The notes: a model not told the origin generated them from the sequence alone. Positions 29,013 to 38,914 are shown, counted from the stretch's first letter. The stretch: DNA of 64,000 nt from Jatrophihabitans sp. (GCA_025927835.1 JAICKR010000003.1:32-64031); one strand, 5' to 3'. Numbers and translations are program-made.

Positions 29013-30465
29013 TCGAGCACCGTGACCTCACCTGCCCCGCCGTCCACCCGTACCCGGACGCCGTCCGCGATCTGCACCGTGGCGTCACGCGTTCCGACGA
29101 CACCGGGGATGCCGTACTCGCGGGCAACGATCGCCGCGTGCGACAACGCGCCGCCGCTGTCGGTGACGATCGCGCTGAGCAGCGGCAGCAGGATGTTGAA
29201 CGCCTCGGTGGTCGCCTCGGTGAGCAGCACGTCGCCCTGCTGGATGCGGTCGAAGTCCGCGGGACCGCCGACGCGCCGCGCGATGCCCTCGCACACGCCG
29301 GCGCTGGCCGGCAGCCCGCGGATCACCGTGTCCTCGTGTGCCTCCTCGGAGCCCGCGAACATCTCCCCGACCGCGACGCCGGTGGCCGCCATCACGCGGT
29401 GCATCGGCGGCGGCAGTTGGGACGGGTCGGGCGGCGGAGTGGGCGGGTCGCCGAGGTGCAGCGGCGCGTCCTTGGCGGTGCAGGTCTCGTGGTAGCCGAG
29501 CCGGGCGGCGAGTTCGTCGGCCGTCGGCGTCGCCGCACCTTCGACGATCGCGCACATCTCGTTGATGTCGGCGAAGACGAAGTGTTCGGCGTCGTGCAGC
29601 CGTCCGCTCGCGGCGAGCCGGCGACCCGCAGCCATGGCAGCACGGCGCATCAGCCCGGAGGCCCAGATGTCGCTGTAGACGCCACGCTCGTCGCGCACCG
29701 CGTACCCGATGCGCGCCTCGGCCAGCAGCGCGTCGTACTCCTCCTGGTGCTCGGCCGGCACATGAGCGCGGACCTCGGCGATCTCCGCGTCGATGTTCGC
29801 GGCCTCGCTCGTGTCGTCGATCGCGGTCTTGATCGAGCGCAGCAGCACGTCCGGCATCTCGAGGGCGTAGCGGCCCGAAATGTCGAAGCCGTCGAGCAGC
29901 CGGTAGCCGGCGAAGTCGAGGTAGTCGTTCAGCGCCTGGCCGGTCGCGGTCGGCTCGCGCCGCAGCCGCTCGAGCAACGCACCCGGATCCTCGTCCGCGT
30001 CGAGGGCCGCGCGGGCTGCCGCGTCGGCGCGGTAGGCCGCGACCAGTCCCGCGTGTTGCGGCGAGTCGCCCCCGGAGATGCGTGAGGCGCCGCGCATCAG
30101 GCCGAGCAGCTGCACCGTCGGCAGGCCGGTCCACTCCCGCGCGTGGACCAGGAAGTCACCGGGCGGGATGAGCGCGGTGCCGGTGAAGCCCATGTGCTGC
30201 CGGATCATCGCGGAGTGGTGCGCGTGGCAGCGGCGCAGGTAGGCGACCAGCTCGCCATCGCTCAACTGGTCGGGGTCGCGGTCAGCCTCGTCTGCAGCGG
30301 CAAACCGTAGTAGGCCATGAAGTCGCCGTAGCCCAGGCTGAACGGCGCCGGATGCATCTCCGCCCAGTAGGCCGTGACCGGCCTCGGGAAGTGCAGCGGG
30401 TCGAGCTCCCAGGATCCCGGGCCGGGCGGCGACAGGGTGAGCGGCTGCTTCGCCTCAGCGGTCAT
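29009..30465 (-). pseudogene. PEP-utilising enzyme, substrate plus phospho-His swivel subunit, frameshifted near the 5' end
   Basis: GGALSHAAIVAREYGIPGVVG; N-terminal WELDPLHFPRP fragment (30262-30465) is out of frame with the body. Confidence 0.78.
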
Positions 30466-30693
30466 GGACCTCTCCCTCGCAAGCCGGAAGACCAGTCTGG
30501 ACGGTGCCGGAGCATCCCGACAACTCGCAGCGGATGATCACCCTCGGTCACTGGTTACTGGCCAGTTTTGACTCTTGCGTGCCGAATTTCTGTGCAGGAC
30601 CTATGCACGCGAGCACCGTGGGTGCATACTCGCCGACGCCGGAACACATGTTGCGCTACGCGCCCGGCGTAGGGCACAACCACGGGGGTTGAC

Positions 30694-33600
30694 ATGGTCA
30701 AGCGGGGTTTATTCGGCGTGCCCGCACGCCGCACCGTACGCACACTCATCGCACTGCTCGCGGCATCCGCGGCGGTGCTGGGACTCGTTGCCTTCCCTGG
30801 CGCAGCAGGAGCTGCTCCGGGCAACGGAGCGAGCTCATCGCACGCGCAAGGGCCGAAACCGTTCTTCACGAAGAAGGTCGCGCACAAGAAGTTCGGCCTC
30901 GACGGTCCGGCTGCGGACGGCACGACCAACATGACGTATCACGGCGGCTCGGTCATGCGTGATCCCACGGTTTACGCGATCTGGTGGAACCCGACCACAC
31001 CGCCGACCGGATATCCCGGCGCGCTGTTCGGGCCGAACTACCAGAACGGCATCGAGAACTACCTCAACGACGTCTCGCAGACGCCGTACTTCAACATCCT
31101 CACGCAGTACGGCGACAGCACGGGCCAGCCGGTTCCGCCGACGAGTCATTTCGGTGGTTCGTGGACGGACACCACGACCTACCCGCATGCCGGTACGTGG
31201 GCCGACCCGCTCGGCGACGGCGACATCCGCAACAGCGTGGCGCGCGCCGTGACGGCGAACCCGAACTGGCAGACCGATTCGCTCTCGACCATGTACATGG
31301 TCTTCACCGGCAAGAACATCATCGAGTGCTCCAGCGCCACGAGCTGCTTCGCGGCCACCGACTGGAGCGGCGTCGCGGATTCGGGCAATGGCGCCTTCTG
31401 TGCGTACCACTGGTGGAACGGCAGCCAGGTGTACAGCTACCAGCCGTACTCGTCGACCGGCAGCTGCTACGGCAACCAGACCGCCTACCCGAACGGTGTC
31501 GACCAGGACATCACCATCACCGCCACCTCGCACGAGCAGTTCGAGGCGTACACCGATCCGTTGGGCGACGGCTGGTACGACGACGTCGACGGCCATGCGG
31601 GTGAGAACGGCGACAAGTGCGCCTACAACTACGGGCCCTACGAGCCGGACGGTTCGAACATCGTCCTGCACGGGCACCCGTACCAGATCCAGCTCGAGTG
31701 GAGCAACGGATCGCCGCACGCCTGCGTGAAGCGCTACGGAGCGCGTCCGCAGACCTCGATCACCGGCGACCTCAACTTCGGCAGCGTGCCGCGCGGCACC
31801 TCGGCGACGAAGGAGATCGCGCTGCAGAACACGGGCAATGGCGATCTCGACATCCTCGACGTGCGGCTCGGCGCGGGCTCGAACGCGGCGTTCAGCATCA
31901 CGCCGTCGTCGGCCAAGACCGCGACTCTGCACTCCGGTGACACGCAGCTGATCGACGTCAAGGTGTCGCCACCGGGCAACTCGTCGTCGACCGGCCCGCT
32001 GACCGCGTCGCTGGTGATCGACACCGACGACACCGTGCCGAACAACACCGGCAGCCCGACGAATGCGCAACTCACGGCGACGAACACGATCAACGCCACG
32101 GCGTCGGTCGGACTGCCGGCGGTGACGGTCAGCGGTTCGCTGAACTTCGGCACCGTGCCGCGCGGCTCGGCCGTGTCACGCAACGTCGTCGTCCAGAACA
32201 CGGGTACGTCGGATCTCACGGTCAACAACGTCACGTTCAGCGGCGACTCCGCGTACAGCATCGCCCCCTCGTCGCCGACCAGCGGCACGCTGGCACCCGG
32301 CGGCAGCCTCGTCGTGGAGGTGACGTTCGCGCCACCGCAGAGCGCGACGACTGCGGGGCCGCGCACCGGCACGCTGACGATCTCGACCGACGACCCGGCC
32401 TCGCCGACCGTCAACGTCCCGGCAACGGGCCTCGTCGGCCTGCCGAAGGTCGCGCTCTCCCCGGCCACCCTCGACTTCTCGACGGTGTGCCCGGGTGCGA
32501 GCGTGCAGCGTGAGTTGACGGTGACCAACGTCGGCACCGCACCGCTCACGATCACCAATGTGAGCATCGGCGCCGGCAGCACCGCCGGCCTGTCGGTGGC
32601 GCCGATCCCTGCGCTGCCGCTCACGCTGCCCGTCGGCGGGCACATCGCGTTCACGGTGGTGTTCGCGCCGTCCGGTCCGTTCGGCGGCCCGGTCTCCGGC
32701 ACGGTCGTCGTCGACACCGACGACCCGGTGACGCCCGAGACGTCGGTGCCGATCACCGGCAGCGTCGGGCAGGCGGTGATCACGGTGGGTAGCAATGCGC
32801 TGGACTTCAGCGGCGTGCCGACCGACAACCGCACATCTCCGCATTCGCGTGATCTGCCGGTCACGATCAGCAACACCGGCGACTGCACGCTGACGCTGAG
32901 CACGCTGACGATCACCGGTCCGGCTGCGGGCGACTACTCGCTCGTCGGCGCGCCGACACTGCCGCTGACGATCTCGGCGGGCAGCACGGTCACGCTCACG
33001 GTGCGGTTCAACCCGACGGCGAGCGGCACGCGCAACGCCACGCTGACGATCGGATCGAGCGACCCGAGCCACCCGTCGGTGGCCGTCTCGCTCACCGGCG
33101 TCGGGCTGGTGCCGGCGATCCTCACGCAGCCGGGTTCGCTCACGTTCGGGCCCACCGTCATCCTGTCGCAGGGTCCGTCCGGTTACTCCGGGCAGACGGC
33201 ACCGGTCACCGTGACGAACACCGGGCAGGCCGAGCTCATCGTCGACGCGATGGGCACCTCGGGTGCACCGTTCTCCGCACCCGGCCCGGCGAGCCCGCCG
33301 TCCAGGTTCGCCCCGAGCGATCACTTCAGCGAACCGGTGACGTTCGGGCCGACGGCGGCCGGCAAGTTCCTCGGATCACTGACGATCAGCGACAATGATC
33401 CGGAGGGCGGCGCGAGCGCGACTGTGCCGCTCTGCGGCGAGGGTGTCGGCCGTGGCATCCGGGTACTCGCGGTGAATGCCGCCGGTACGCCGATGCCGCT
33501 GGTCTCGAAGCTGCAGCTGCAGGCACACGGCACAGCACAGAACACCAACATCAACCAGAAGAACCTCGCGCTGACCGGAGTGCCCACGTCGTGCGACCCG

Positions 33601-33765
33601 AACGCGAAGATGCAGTACGAGAACCAGTCGCTGCCCGCGACGAACACGCTGAACCAGCGCAGCTCGTACTACACGCTGTCGGTCACGGCGGGCGGGAAGT
33701 CGACCACGGTGACGTTCGTGCTCGGCGTGACGGAGTTCAAGACGCTGGTGGTCACCATCAAGTGA
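30694..33765 (+). CDS. Large secreted protein: Phi-1/EXORDIUM-like domain plus five ASH/choice-of-anchor-D Ig-like repeats
   Basis: Signal peptide; MTYHGGSV, FCAYH, SHEQFEAYTDP..GWY..ENGDKC; five repeats LxFG.V...V.NTG...L.I. Confidence 0.75.
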   Translation: MVKRGLFGVPARRTVRTLIALLAASAAVLGLVAFPGAAGAAPGNGASSSHAQGPKPFFTKKVAHKKFGLDGPAADGTTNMTYHGGSVMRDPTVYAIWWNPTTPPTGYPGALFGPNYQNGIENYLNDVSQTPYFNILTQYGDSTGQPVPPTSHFGGSWTDTTTYPHAGTWADPLGDGDIRNSVARAVTANPNWQTDSLSTMYMVFTGKNIIECSSATSCFAATDWSGVADSGNGAFCAYHWWNGSQVYSYQPYSSTGSCYGNQTAYPNGVDQDITITATSHEQFEAYTDPLGDGWYDDVDGHAGENGDKCAYNYGPYEPDGSNIVLHGHPYQIQLEWSNGSPHACVKRYGARPQTSITGDLNFGSVPRGTSATKEIALQNTGNGDLDILDVRLGAGSNAAFSITPSSAKTATLHSGDTQLIDVKVSPPGNSSSTGPLTASLVIDTDDTVPNNTGSPTNAQLTATNTINATASVGLPAVTVSGSLNFGTVPRGSAVSRNVVVQNTGTSDLTVNNVTFSGDSAYSIAPSSPTSGTLAPGGSLVVEVTFAPPQSATTAGPRTGTLTISTDDPASPTVNVPATGLVGLPKVALSPATLDFSTVCPGASVQRELTVTNVGTAPLTITNVSIGAGSTAGLSVAPIPALPLTLPVGGHIAFTVVFAPSGPFGGPVSGTVVVDTDDPVTPETSVPITGSVGQAVITVGSNALDFSGVPTDNRTSPHSRDLPVTISNTGDCTLTLSTLTITGPAAGDYSLVGAPTLPLTISAGSTVTLTVRFNPTASGTRNATLTIGSSDPSHPSVAVSLTGVGLVPAILTQPGSLTFGPTVILSQGPSGYSGQTAPVTVTNTGQAELIVDAMGTSGAPFSAPGPASPPSRFAPSDHFSEPVTFGPTAAGKFLGSLTISDNDPEGGASATVPLCGEGVGRGIRVLAVNAAGTPMPLVSKLQLQAHGTAQNTNINQKNLALTGVPTSCDPNAKMQYENQSLPATNTLNQRSSYYTLSVTAGGKSTTVTFVLGVTEFKTLVVTIK

Positions 33766-34301
33766 GGTACGTCGTCGGCGTCGCGACGGCAGCACTGCTG
33801 CTGACGTCGTGTACGTCGTCGGGGGACGGGCCGGCGGCAACGCCGCGCCCGTCCTCCGCAGGCGCATCGCCGGCACTGACAACCGGCCGGCCGCGGCCGA
33901 GCGACACCACGACGGCGGCGCCGCGTACGTCGCCGAAGACGACGGCGACGTACGCGAGGTCCCCTCACCCGGTATCGGAGCAGGTCGGTTACGCGGACAA
34001 CGGCACGACGGTCACCGTCCACGTCGGCGGCGGCCTGCGGGTCGACCTGGACAGCACCTACTGGACCATCCTCGGCAGCTCCGACAGCGCGGTGCTCGCC
34101 CCGGCCGGGCCCGTCGAGCACGTGGGCCAGGGCGCGAACAGCAGCTGCGTGCCCGGCGCGGGCTGCGGTTCGGTGGCCCAGACGTTCACCGCCCGCGCGG
34201 CCGGGCGCGCAGTGGTCTCGGCACACCGGACGATCTGCGGGGAGGCGCTGGCCTGCCTACCGGGCAAGCGCACCTTCACCGTCACCGTCATCGTCGACTA
34301 A
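33762..34301 (+). CDS. Lipoprotein with chagasin/I42-inhibitor-like Ig domain
   Basis: GTGA overlap with the upstream gene, lipobox [26 protein letters not shown]...FTA...G.A, two Cys pairs. Confidence 0.6.
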   Translation: MRYVVGVATAALLLTSCTSSGDGPAATPRPSSAGASPALTTGRPRPSDTTTAAPRTSPKTTATYARSPHPVSEQVGYADNGTTVTVHVGGGLRVDLDSTYWTILGSSDSAVLAPAGPVEHVGQGANSSCVPGAGCGSVAQTFTARAAGRAVVSAHRTICGEALACLPGKRTFTVTVIVD

Positions 34302-34545
34302 CCGGCCGCAATCAGCACGTGCAGTACCCGCGGGCCGTGCACGCCCTCGACGCGGTCGAGCTCGATGTCGCTGGTGGCGCTCGGACCGCTGACGAGGGTG
34401 AGCGTCGCGTGCTCGGTGAGCAGCGCGATCGCGTCCGGGACCTGCGCGACGACCTGGTCGGGACGGATGACGGCGAGGTGGAAGTCGGGCACCAGGCTGA
34501 GTGCGCGCCTGCCCTGTCCGGGTCCGTGGTCGAGCACGATCGGGT
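34298..34545 (-). pseudogene. lutC: lutC remnant (3' half only)
   Basis: [39 protein letters not shown]. Confidence 0.85.
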
Positions 34546-35025
34546 CGGGCCGCGGCCGGTCGCGCACCGAGGTCCAGCGCGACTGTGGCGGCGGCAGGCG
34601 GCGCCGGCCGCGCAGCAGCCGGCCGGCCCGAAGCGCCCGCAGCGCACGCGTCCAACGCCACGGGCTGCGCATCGTCCACGCGGCAGCGGTCATGACTGCG
34701 CTCTCCGGCGTGCGGCCGGGTTCATCCGCTCGCCGGTGGACGGGCGCGGCAGCAGTTGCAGGAAGACCTCGAGTTCCACGAGGTAGGTGTCGAGGTTCGC
34801 GAGCACGTCGTCCTTGATCGCCGCGCCGGCGGCGCGCAACTGCGGCCAGTCCGGCAGCTCGGCGACCACACCCTCCCGCTTGCCGCGGATCGTCGCCGTC
34901 GCGTTGGCCAGGTTCGCGCGCAACTGCCGGTTGCCCAGCGCGTCCCGGGCCGCGTCCGGGAAGGGCCGTTCCTCGCGCAGCTGCCCGACTCCGGGTGTCG
35001 CGCCCGGCATGCCGAGGAACGTCAT
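34546..35025 (-). pseudogene. lutB: lutB remnant with several internal deletions
   Basis: MTFLGMP...QLRANL..ATATIR; [17 protein letters not shown]; C-terminal WTSVRD.P patch; Fe-S domain absent. Confidence 0.82.
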
Positions 35026-35349
35026 CGCGTCGCGGCCAGGATCTCGGCCAGGTGCACGGTGCGCACCGCTGAGTCGGCCCGGGCGAGACCGCCGCCGATG
35101 TGCATGAGGCAGGACGCGTCGCCGGCGCAGACGTAGTCGGCACCGGTGTCGACGACGTGTCTCATTCGGTCACGCCGAGCACGTCCACGAGGAACTCGGA
35201 CAGCTCGTACGTCCGGCCGGCCCGCAGCAGGTCTGCTGCAGTGGCAGCTCGACCGAATGACCCAGCCTGCGCAGCAACCGGATCGTCGCCTTGCCGGCGT
35301 CCGGGAACATCCCGTCCACGAGGCAGGTCGCGAACAGGCCGACCCTCAT
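35022..35349 (-). pseudogene. lutA: lutA remnant with two deletions
   Basis: LFATCLVD...QTCCG; YELSEFLVDVLG; [12 protein letters not shown]...HLAEIL, with frame changes between patches. Confidence 0.85.
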
Positions 35350-35996
35350 CGCGGCATCGCGTCTCCGCAGATCCAGACCCACTCGGCGGGGTCGCGCCGG
35401 AGCCGAACCGTCCAGCCGAGGTCGCGAAGCTGCTGCTCGAGCCGCTCGGGGTCGATGAAGTTCTTCACAATCCGGTACGTGCTGCCGTCGTTCAACCGAC
35501 GCTCGACGATCCCGTCCGCGCCGGGGACGTAGGTCTCCTTGTCGCGGATCTCGGCCGGCTCGTCGACGAACAATGCCCGGCCGCCCTCGGCGAGCAGGCC
35601 ACGCAGGATCCGCCAGAACTCGCCGAACCGCTCCGCCGGCACATGCGACAGCCACGCGGAGAAGAAGATGACGTCGAAACGCGCCGTCGTTGCCCACGAG
35701 AACACGTCCGCGACCTCGAACGTGACGTTGTCCGCGCGCACCCGCTCGCGCGCGATCGCGATGGTTTCCGGCGCTGCGTCGAGCGCGGTCACCGTTTCGG
35801 CCGCGCCGGCCAGTGCCTGCGTCCACATGCCGGTACCGCACGCGACCTCCAGCACCGCACCGGACGGGGCGAAATCGCCCACGATGCGCTCGATGCGTGC
35901 GCGGGCCGCCTCGAGGTCGCCGTATGCCGTCGCGTCGTACTCCGCGGCACGCCGCCGGTAGTAGTCCAGCTGACTGGCAAGGACGTCGTCCGTCAT
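35346..35996 (-). CDS. Class I SAM-dependent methyltransferase
   Basis: YYRRRAAEYD, LEVACGTGMWT, WLSHVP. Confidence 0.88.
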   Translation of the reverse strand: MTDDVLASQLDYYRRRAAEYDATAYGDLEAARARIERIVGDFAPSGAVLEVACGTGMWTQALAGAAETVTALDAAPETIAIARERVRADNVTFEVADVFSWATTARFDVIFFSAWLSHVPAERFGEFWRILRGLLAEGGRALFVDEPAEIRDKETYVPGADGIVERRLNDGSTYRIVKNFIDPERLEQQLRDLGWTVRLRRDPAEWVWICGDAMPR

Positions 35997-36026
35997 CAGT
36001 AAATCCTCACACGGCATGATCCGCAG

Positions 36027-37076
36027 ATGGACATCACCAGCACCTTCGTTGCCGACCACGGCCGCTACGAGGCCATGCGCTACCGACGCTCCGGGCGCAG
36101 CGGTGTGCAGCTGCCGATGGTGTCGCTCGGGTTCTGGCAGAACTTCGGCGGCGACCGGCCGCTCGAGACGCAACGGGCGATCATGCGCCGCGCGTTCGAC
36201 CTGGGCATCACCCACTTCGACCTGGCCAACAACTACGGGCCGCCCTACGGCGCCGCCGAGGAGAACGTCGGCCGGTTGCTCGCCGCCGATTTCCGGCCCT
36301 ACCGGGACGAGCTGATCATCAGCACCAAGGCCGGCTGGGACATGTGGCCGGGCCCGTACGGCGACCTCGGTTCGCGCAAGCACCTGCTCGCCAGCCTGGA
36401 CCAGTCGCTGCAGCGGCTCGGGCTGGACTACGTCGACATCTTCTACTCGCACCGTCCCGACCCGGACACCCCGCTCGAGGAGACGATGGGCGCCCTGCAC
36501 ACCGCGGTGCAGCAGGGCAAGGCGTTGTACGCCGGCATCTCCTCCTACGGCCCGGAGCGCACCCGGCGCGCCGCGACGATCCTGCGCGAGCTCGGCACCC
36601 CGCTGCTCATCCACCAGCCGTCCTACTCGATGCTCAACCGCTGGCTCGAGCACGGCCTGCTCGACGTCCTGGACGAGGTCGGTGCCGGCGCGATCGCGTT
36701 CACCGCTCTGGCGCAGGGCCTGCTCACCGGCAAGTACCTCGACGGCGTGCCCGCGGAATCACGCGCCGCCGGACAGAACGCGACGCTGCCCCGCACCCTG
36801 CTCACCGAACAACGTCTCGACGTCATCCGCCGGCTGAACCGGATCGCCGTCGACCGCGGTCAGACCCTGGCCCAGCTCGCGGTCTCGTGGGTGCTGCGCG
36901 ATCCGCGCGTGACCTCGGTCGTCGTCGGAGCCAGCTCGGTGAGCCAGCTCGAGGACACCGTCGCCGCGGTCGGGCACACCGCGTTCGACCCGGCCGAGCT
37001 CGCAGCGATCGACAAGATCGCCGGCGACGACCCGGACGTCGACCTGTGGCGGGCCCAGTCGCAACTCGGCGCATAG
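36027..37076 (+). CDS. Aldo/keto reductase (L-glyceraldehyde 3-phosphate reductase, YghZ/Gpr-like)
   Basis: GITHFDLANNYGPPYG, STKAG, DIFYSHRPD, LIHQPSYS. Confidence 0.9.
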   Translation: MDITSTFVADHGRYEAMRYRRSGRSGVQLPMVSLGFWQNFGGDRPLETQRAIMRRAFDLGITHFDLANNYGPPYGAAEENVGRLLAADFRPYRDELIISTKAGWDMWPGPYGDLGSRKHLLASLDQSLQRLGLDYVDIFYSHRPDPDTPLEETMGALHTAVQQGKALYAGISSYGPERTRRAATILRELGTPLLIHQPSYSMLNRWLEHGLLDVLDEVGAGAIAFTALAQGLLTGKYLDGVPAESRAAGQNATLPRTLLTEQRLDVIRRLNRIAVDRGQTLAQLAVSWVLRDPRVTSVVVGASSVSQLEDTVAAVGHTAFDPAELAAIDKIAGDDPDVDLWRAQSQLGA

Positions 37077-37078
37077 CG

Positions 37079-37185
37079 GGACGCGCCGAGCCGGTGCGGG
37101 TTTCCCCGAACCCCGGAAGCCTTGGTCACGGAAGGGGGGCAGTCCTGGTAACGAGCTCCCGAGGCAGCACCGGCACGGCGCGTCC
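37079..37185 (-). ncRNA. Candidate structured small RNA with C-rich apical loop
   Basis: 19-bp closing stem, 11+5+3-bp inner stems with four G-U pairs valid only on the minus strand, loop CUGCCCCCCU, side hairpin GGG-GAAA-CCC. Confidence 0.5.
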
Positions 37186-37240
37186 ATAGATTGCAGCGGC
37201 ACCGGGCCCATCCGCGTTACAGTTCCGCCCGGGGGATCCG

Positions 37241-38905
37241 ATGATCGATATTGCGTGCTTCACGAGCGGCGACGACGTGTTCGTCCACTGGCGCAGCGAC
37301 GCCACGATCACCGGCTGTCTGGGGTTCGCGCTCTACCGCGAGCGCAACGGGAAGACGGCCTGCCTCGACAACTACATCGGCTTCAGCGGCGACAACGCCA
37401 AGTCACCCCAACCGAGTGGCGTGTGGCCGCTGCAGCGCTACCGCTGGGTCGACCATCTGGTCGACGCCGGCGACGAGGTCTCCTACCGGGTGGTGGCCCG
37501 GATCAAGAGCGGCACCGGCCTCGCGGACGGGCCGAAGTCTCCCTGGTCGACGACGCTGACGGTCGGGCCGGGTAGCCCGATCGGGGTGTACTTCAACCGC
37601 GGCATCGTCGCGTCCCAGTGGGTGTCACGCCTGCTCGGCGGAGGCGACCACACGCTGCTCAACCAGAAGCTCACCAAGGCCATCGAGACGCCCGGCAACC
37701 CGGTGCGCAACGCGCTGTCGGGCTACGCGCGGACGCAGATGCTGACCTTGCTCGGCGACGCGAAGAGCGCCGGCCACGACATCTACGCGAGCATCTACGA
37801 GCTCAACGACCCCGAACTCATCGATGCACTTCTCGCGCTGGGCAAGCGAGCGCACGTCATCCTTTCGAACGGCTCCAAGAAGCGCATCTCGCACACCAAC
37901 CCGGCCCAGTACACCGACGGCAACAAGGACAGCCGTGCGAGGCTGCTGGGCAAGGTCGATCTGCACGACCGGCTCGTCGTCGACGACCATCTGTCGCATC
38001 ACAAGTTCCTCGTGACGTGCGACGGCACGGCGCCGATCTCGGTGTGGACGGGCAGCACCAACTGGTCCGAGACGGGGCTGTGCACCCAGGCCAACAACGG
38101 CCTGCTCATCGACGACCGCGACATCGCGGACGCATTCCTCAGGCAGTGGAAGCGGCTGAAGAAGGCCGGCAACGACTACCCGCAGAGCCTGCTCACCGCC
38201 GACGACACACCGACGAAGAAGCAGGTCGGCGGCGCGGATGTCACCGTGTATTTCGCGCCGACGACCGACGGCCGCGACCTCGAGGCCGCGCGAACGCTGC
38301 TCAAGGCGGCGGAGCAGGGCGTGCTCTTCCTGATGTTCAACCCAGGTCCGAAGAACACCCTGCTCACCACGATCCTGGAACTACAGCAGCAGACCGATCC
38401 GGAGCTCTACATACGCGGCGTGGTGAACCAGGACCCGGGCGGCGCGAAGGCGCCGGTACTGCGCTACGGGCCGGAGAAGTCCGGCGTGCCGCTCGGCAAG
38501 GAGGTCGTCCTGCCGGCCGCTATCGAGACGTCCTTCGACAACTGGATCCCCGAGCTGCGCAAGCTGGCCAAGGGCTTCGCGATGGTGCACAGCAAGGTCG
38601 TCGTCATCGATCCCTTCGGCGCCAAGCCGGTGCTCATCACCGGCTCGCACAACCTCGGCCCGAAGGCCAGCGCGAGCAACGACGACAACCTGGTGATCGT
38701 CGAGGGCGACGCGGCGGCGGCGCAGGCGCACGCCTGCGTGATCATGTCCGCCTACGACACGTACCACTGGCGCGAGTACGTCCAGCTCAGCGCCGCCACC
38801 AACAAGCCCAACCGGGGCACCCACCTCGCGAACGGCTCGAGCTGGCAGCAGCGCTACGCGGACGCAGCCGGCAAGCGCGAGATCGGCTTCTGGTTCGGCA
38901 GCTGA
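37241..38905 (+). CDS. Phospholipase D superfamily protein with two HKD motifs
   Basis: HHKFLVTCD...TGSTN and HSKVVVID...TGSHN; no obvious signal peptide. Confidence 0.9.
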   Translation: MIDIACFTSGDDVFVHWRSDATITGCLGFALYRERNGKTACLDNYIGFSGDNAKSPQPSGVWPLQRYRWVDHLVDAGDEVSYRVVARIKSGTGLADGPKSPWSTTLTVGPGSPIGVYFNRGIVASQWVSRLLGGGDHTLLNQKLTKAIETPGNPVRNALSGYARTQMLTLLGDAKSAGHDIYASIYELNDPELIDALLALGKRAHVILSNGSKKRISHTNPAQYTDGNKDSRARLLGKVDLHDRLVVDDHLSHHKFLVTCDGTAPISVWTGSTNWSETGLCTQANNGLLIDDRDIADAFLRQWKRLKKAGNDYPQSLLTADDTPTKKQVGGADVTVYFAPTTDGRDLEAARTLLKAAEQGVLFLMFNPGPKNTLLTTILELQQQTDPELYIRGVVNQDPGGAKAPVLRYGPEKSGVPLGKEVVLPAAIETSFDNWIPELRKLAKGFAMVHSKVVVIDPFGAKPVLITGSHNLGPKASASNDDNLVIVEGDAAAAQAHACVIMSAYDTYHWREYVQLSAATNKPNRGTHLANGSSWQQRYADAAGKREIGFWFGS

Positions 38906-38914
38906 GCCACCGGC

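Noticed and set aside
30262-30290. Programmed frameshift or Sec codon in the dikinase gene
   Set aside because: No slippery run is evident and a segment appears to be missing; deletion is the simpler explanation
31750-33450. Repeats as CRISPR or nucleotide tandem array
   Set aside because: They are diverged protein-domain repeats inside one ORF; no cas genes or constant-length spacers
35160-35175. TGA in the lutA remnant as Sec read-through
   Set aside because: Homology continues in a different frame, so it is a deletion junction
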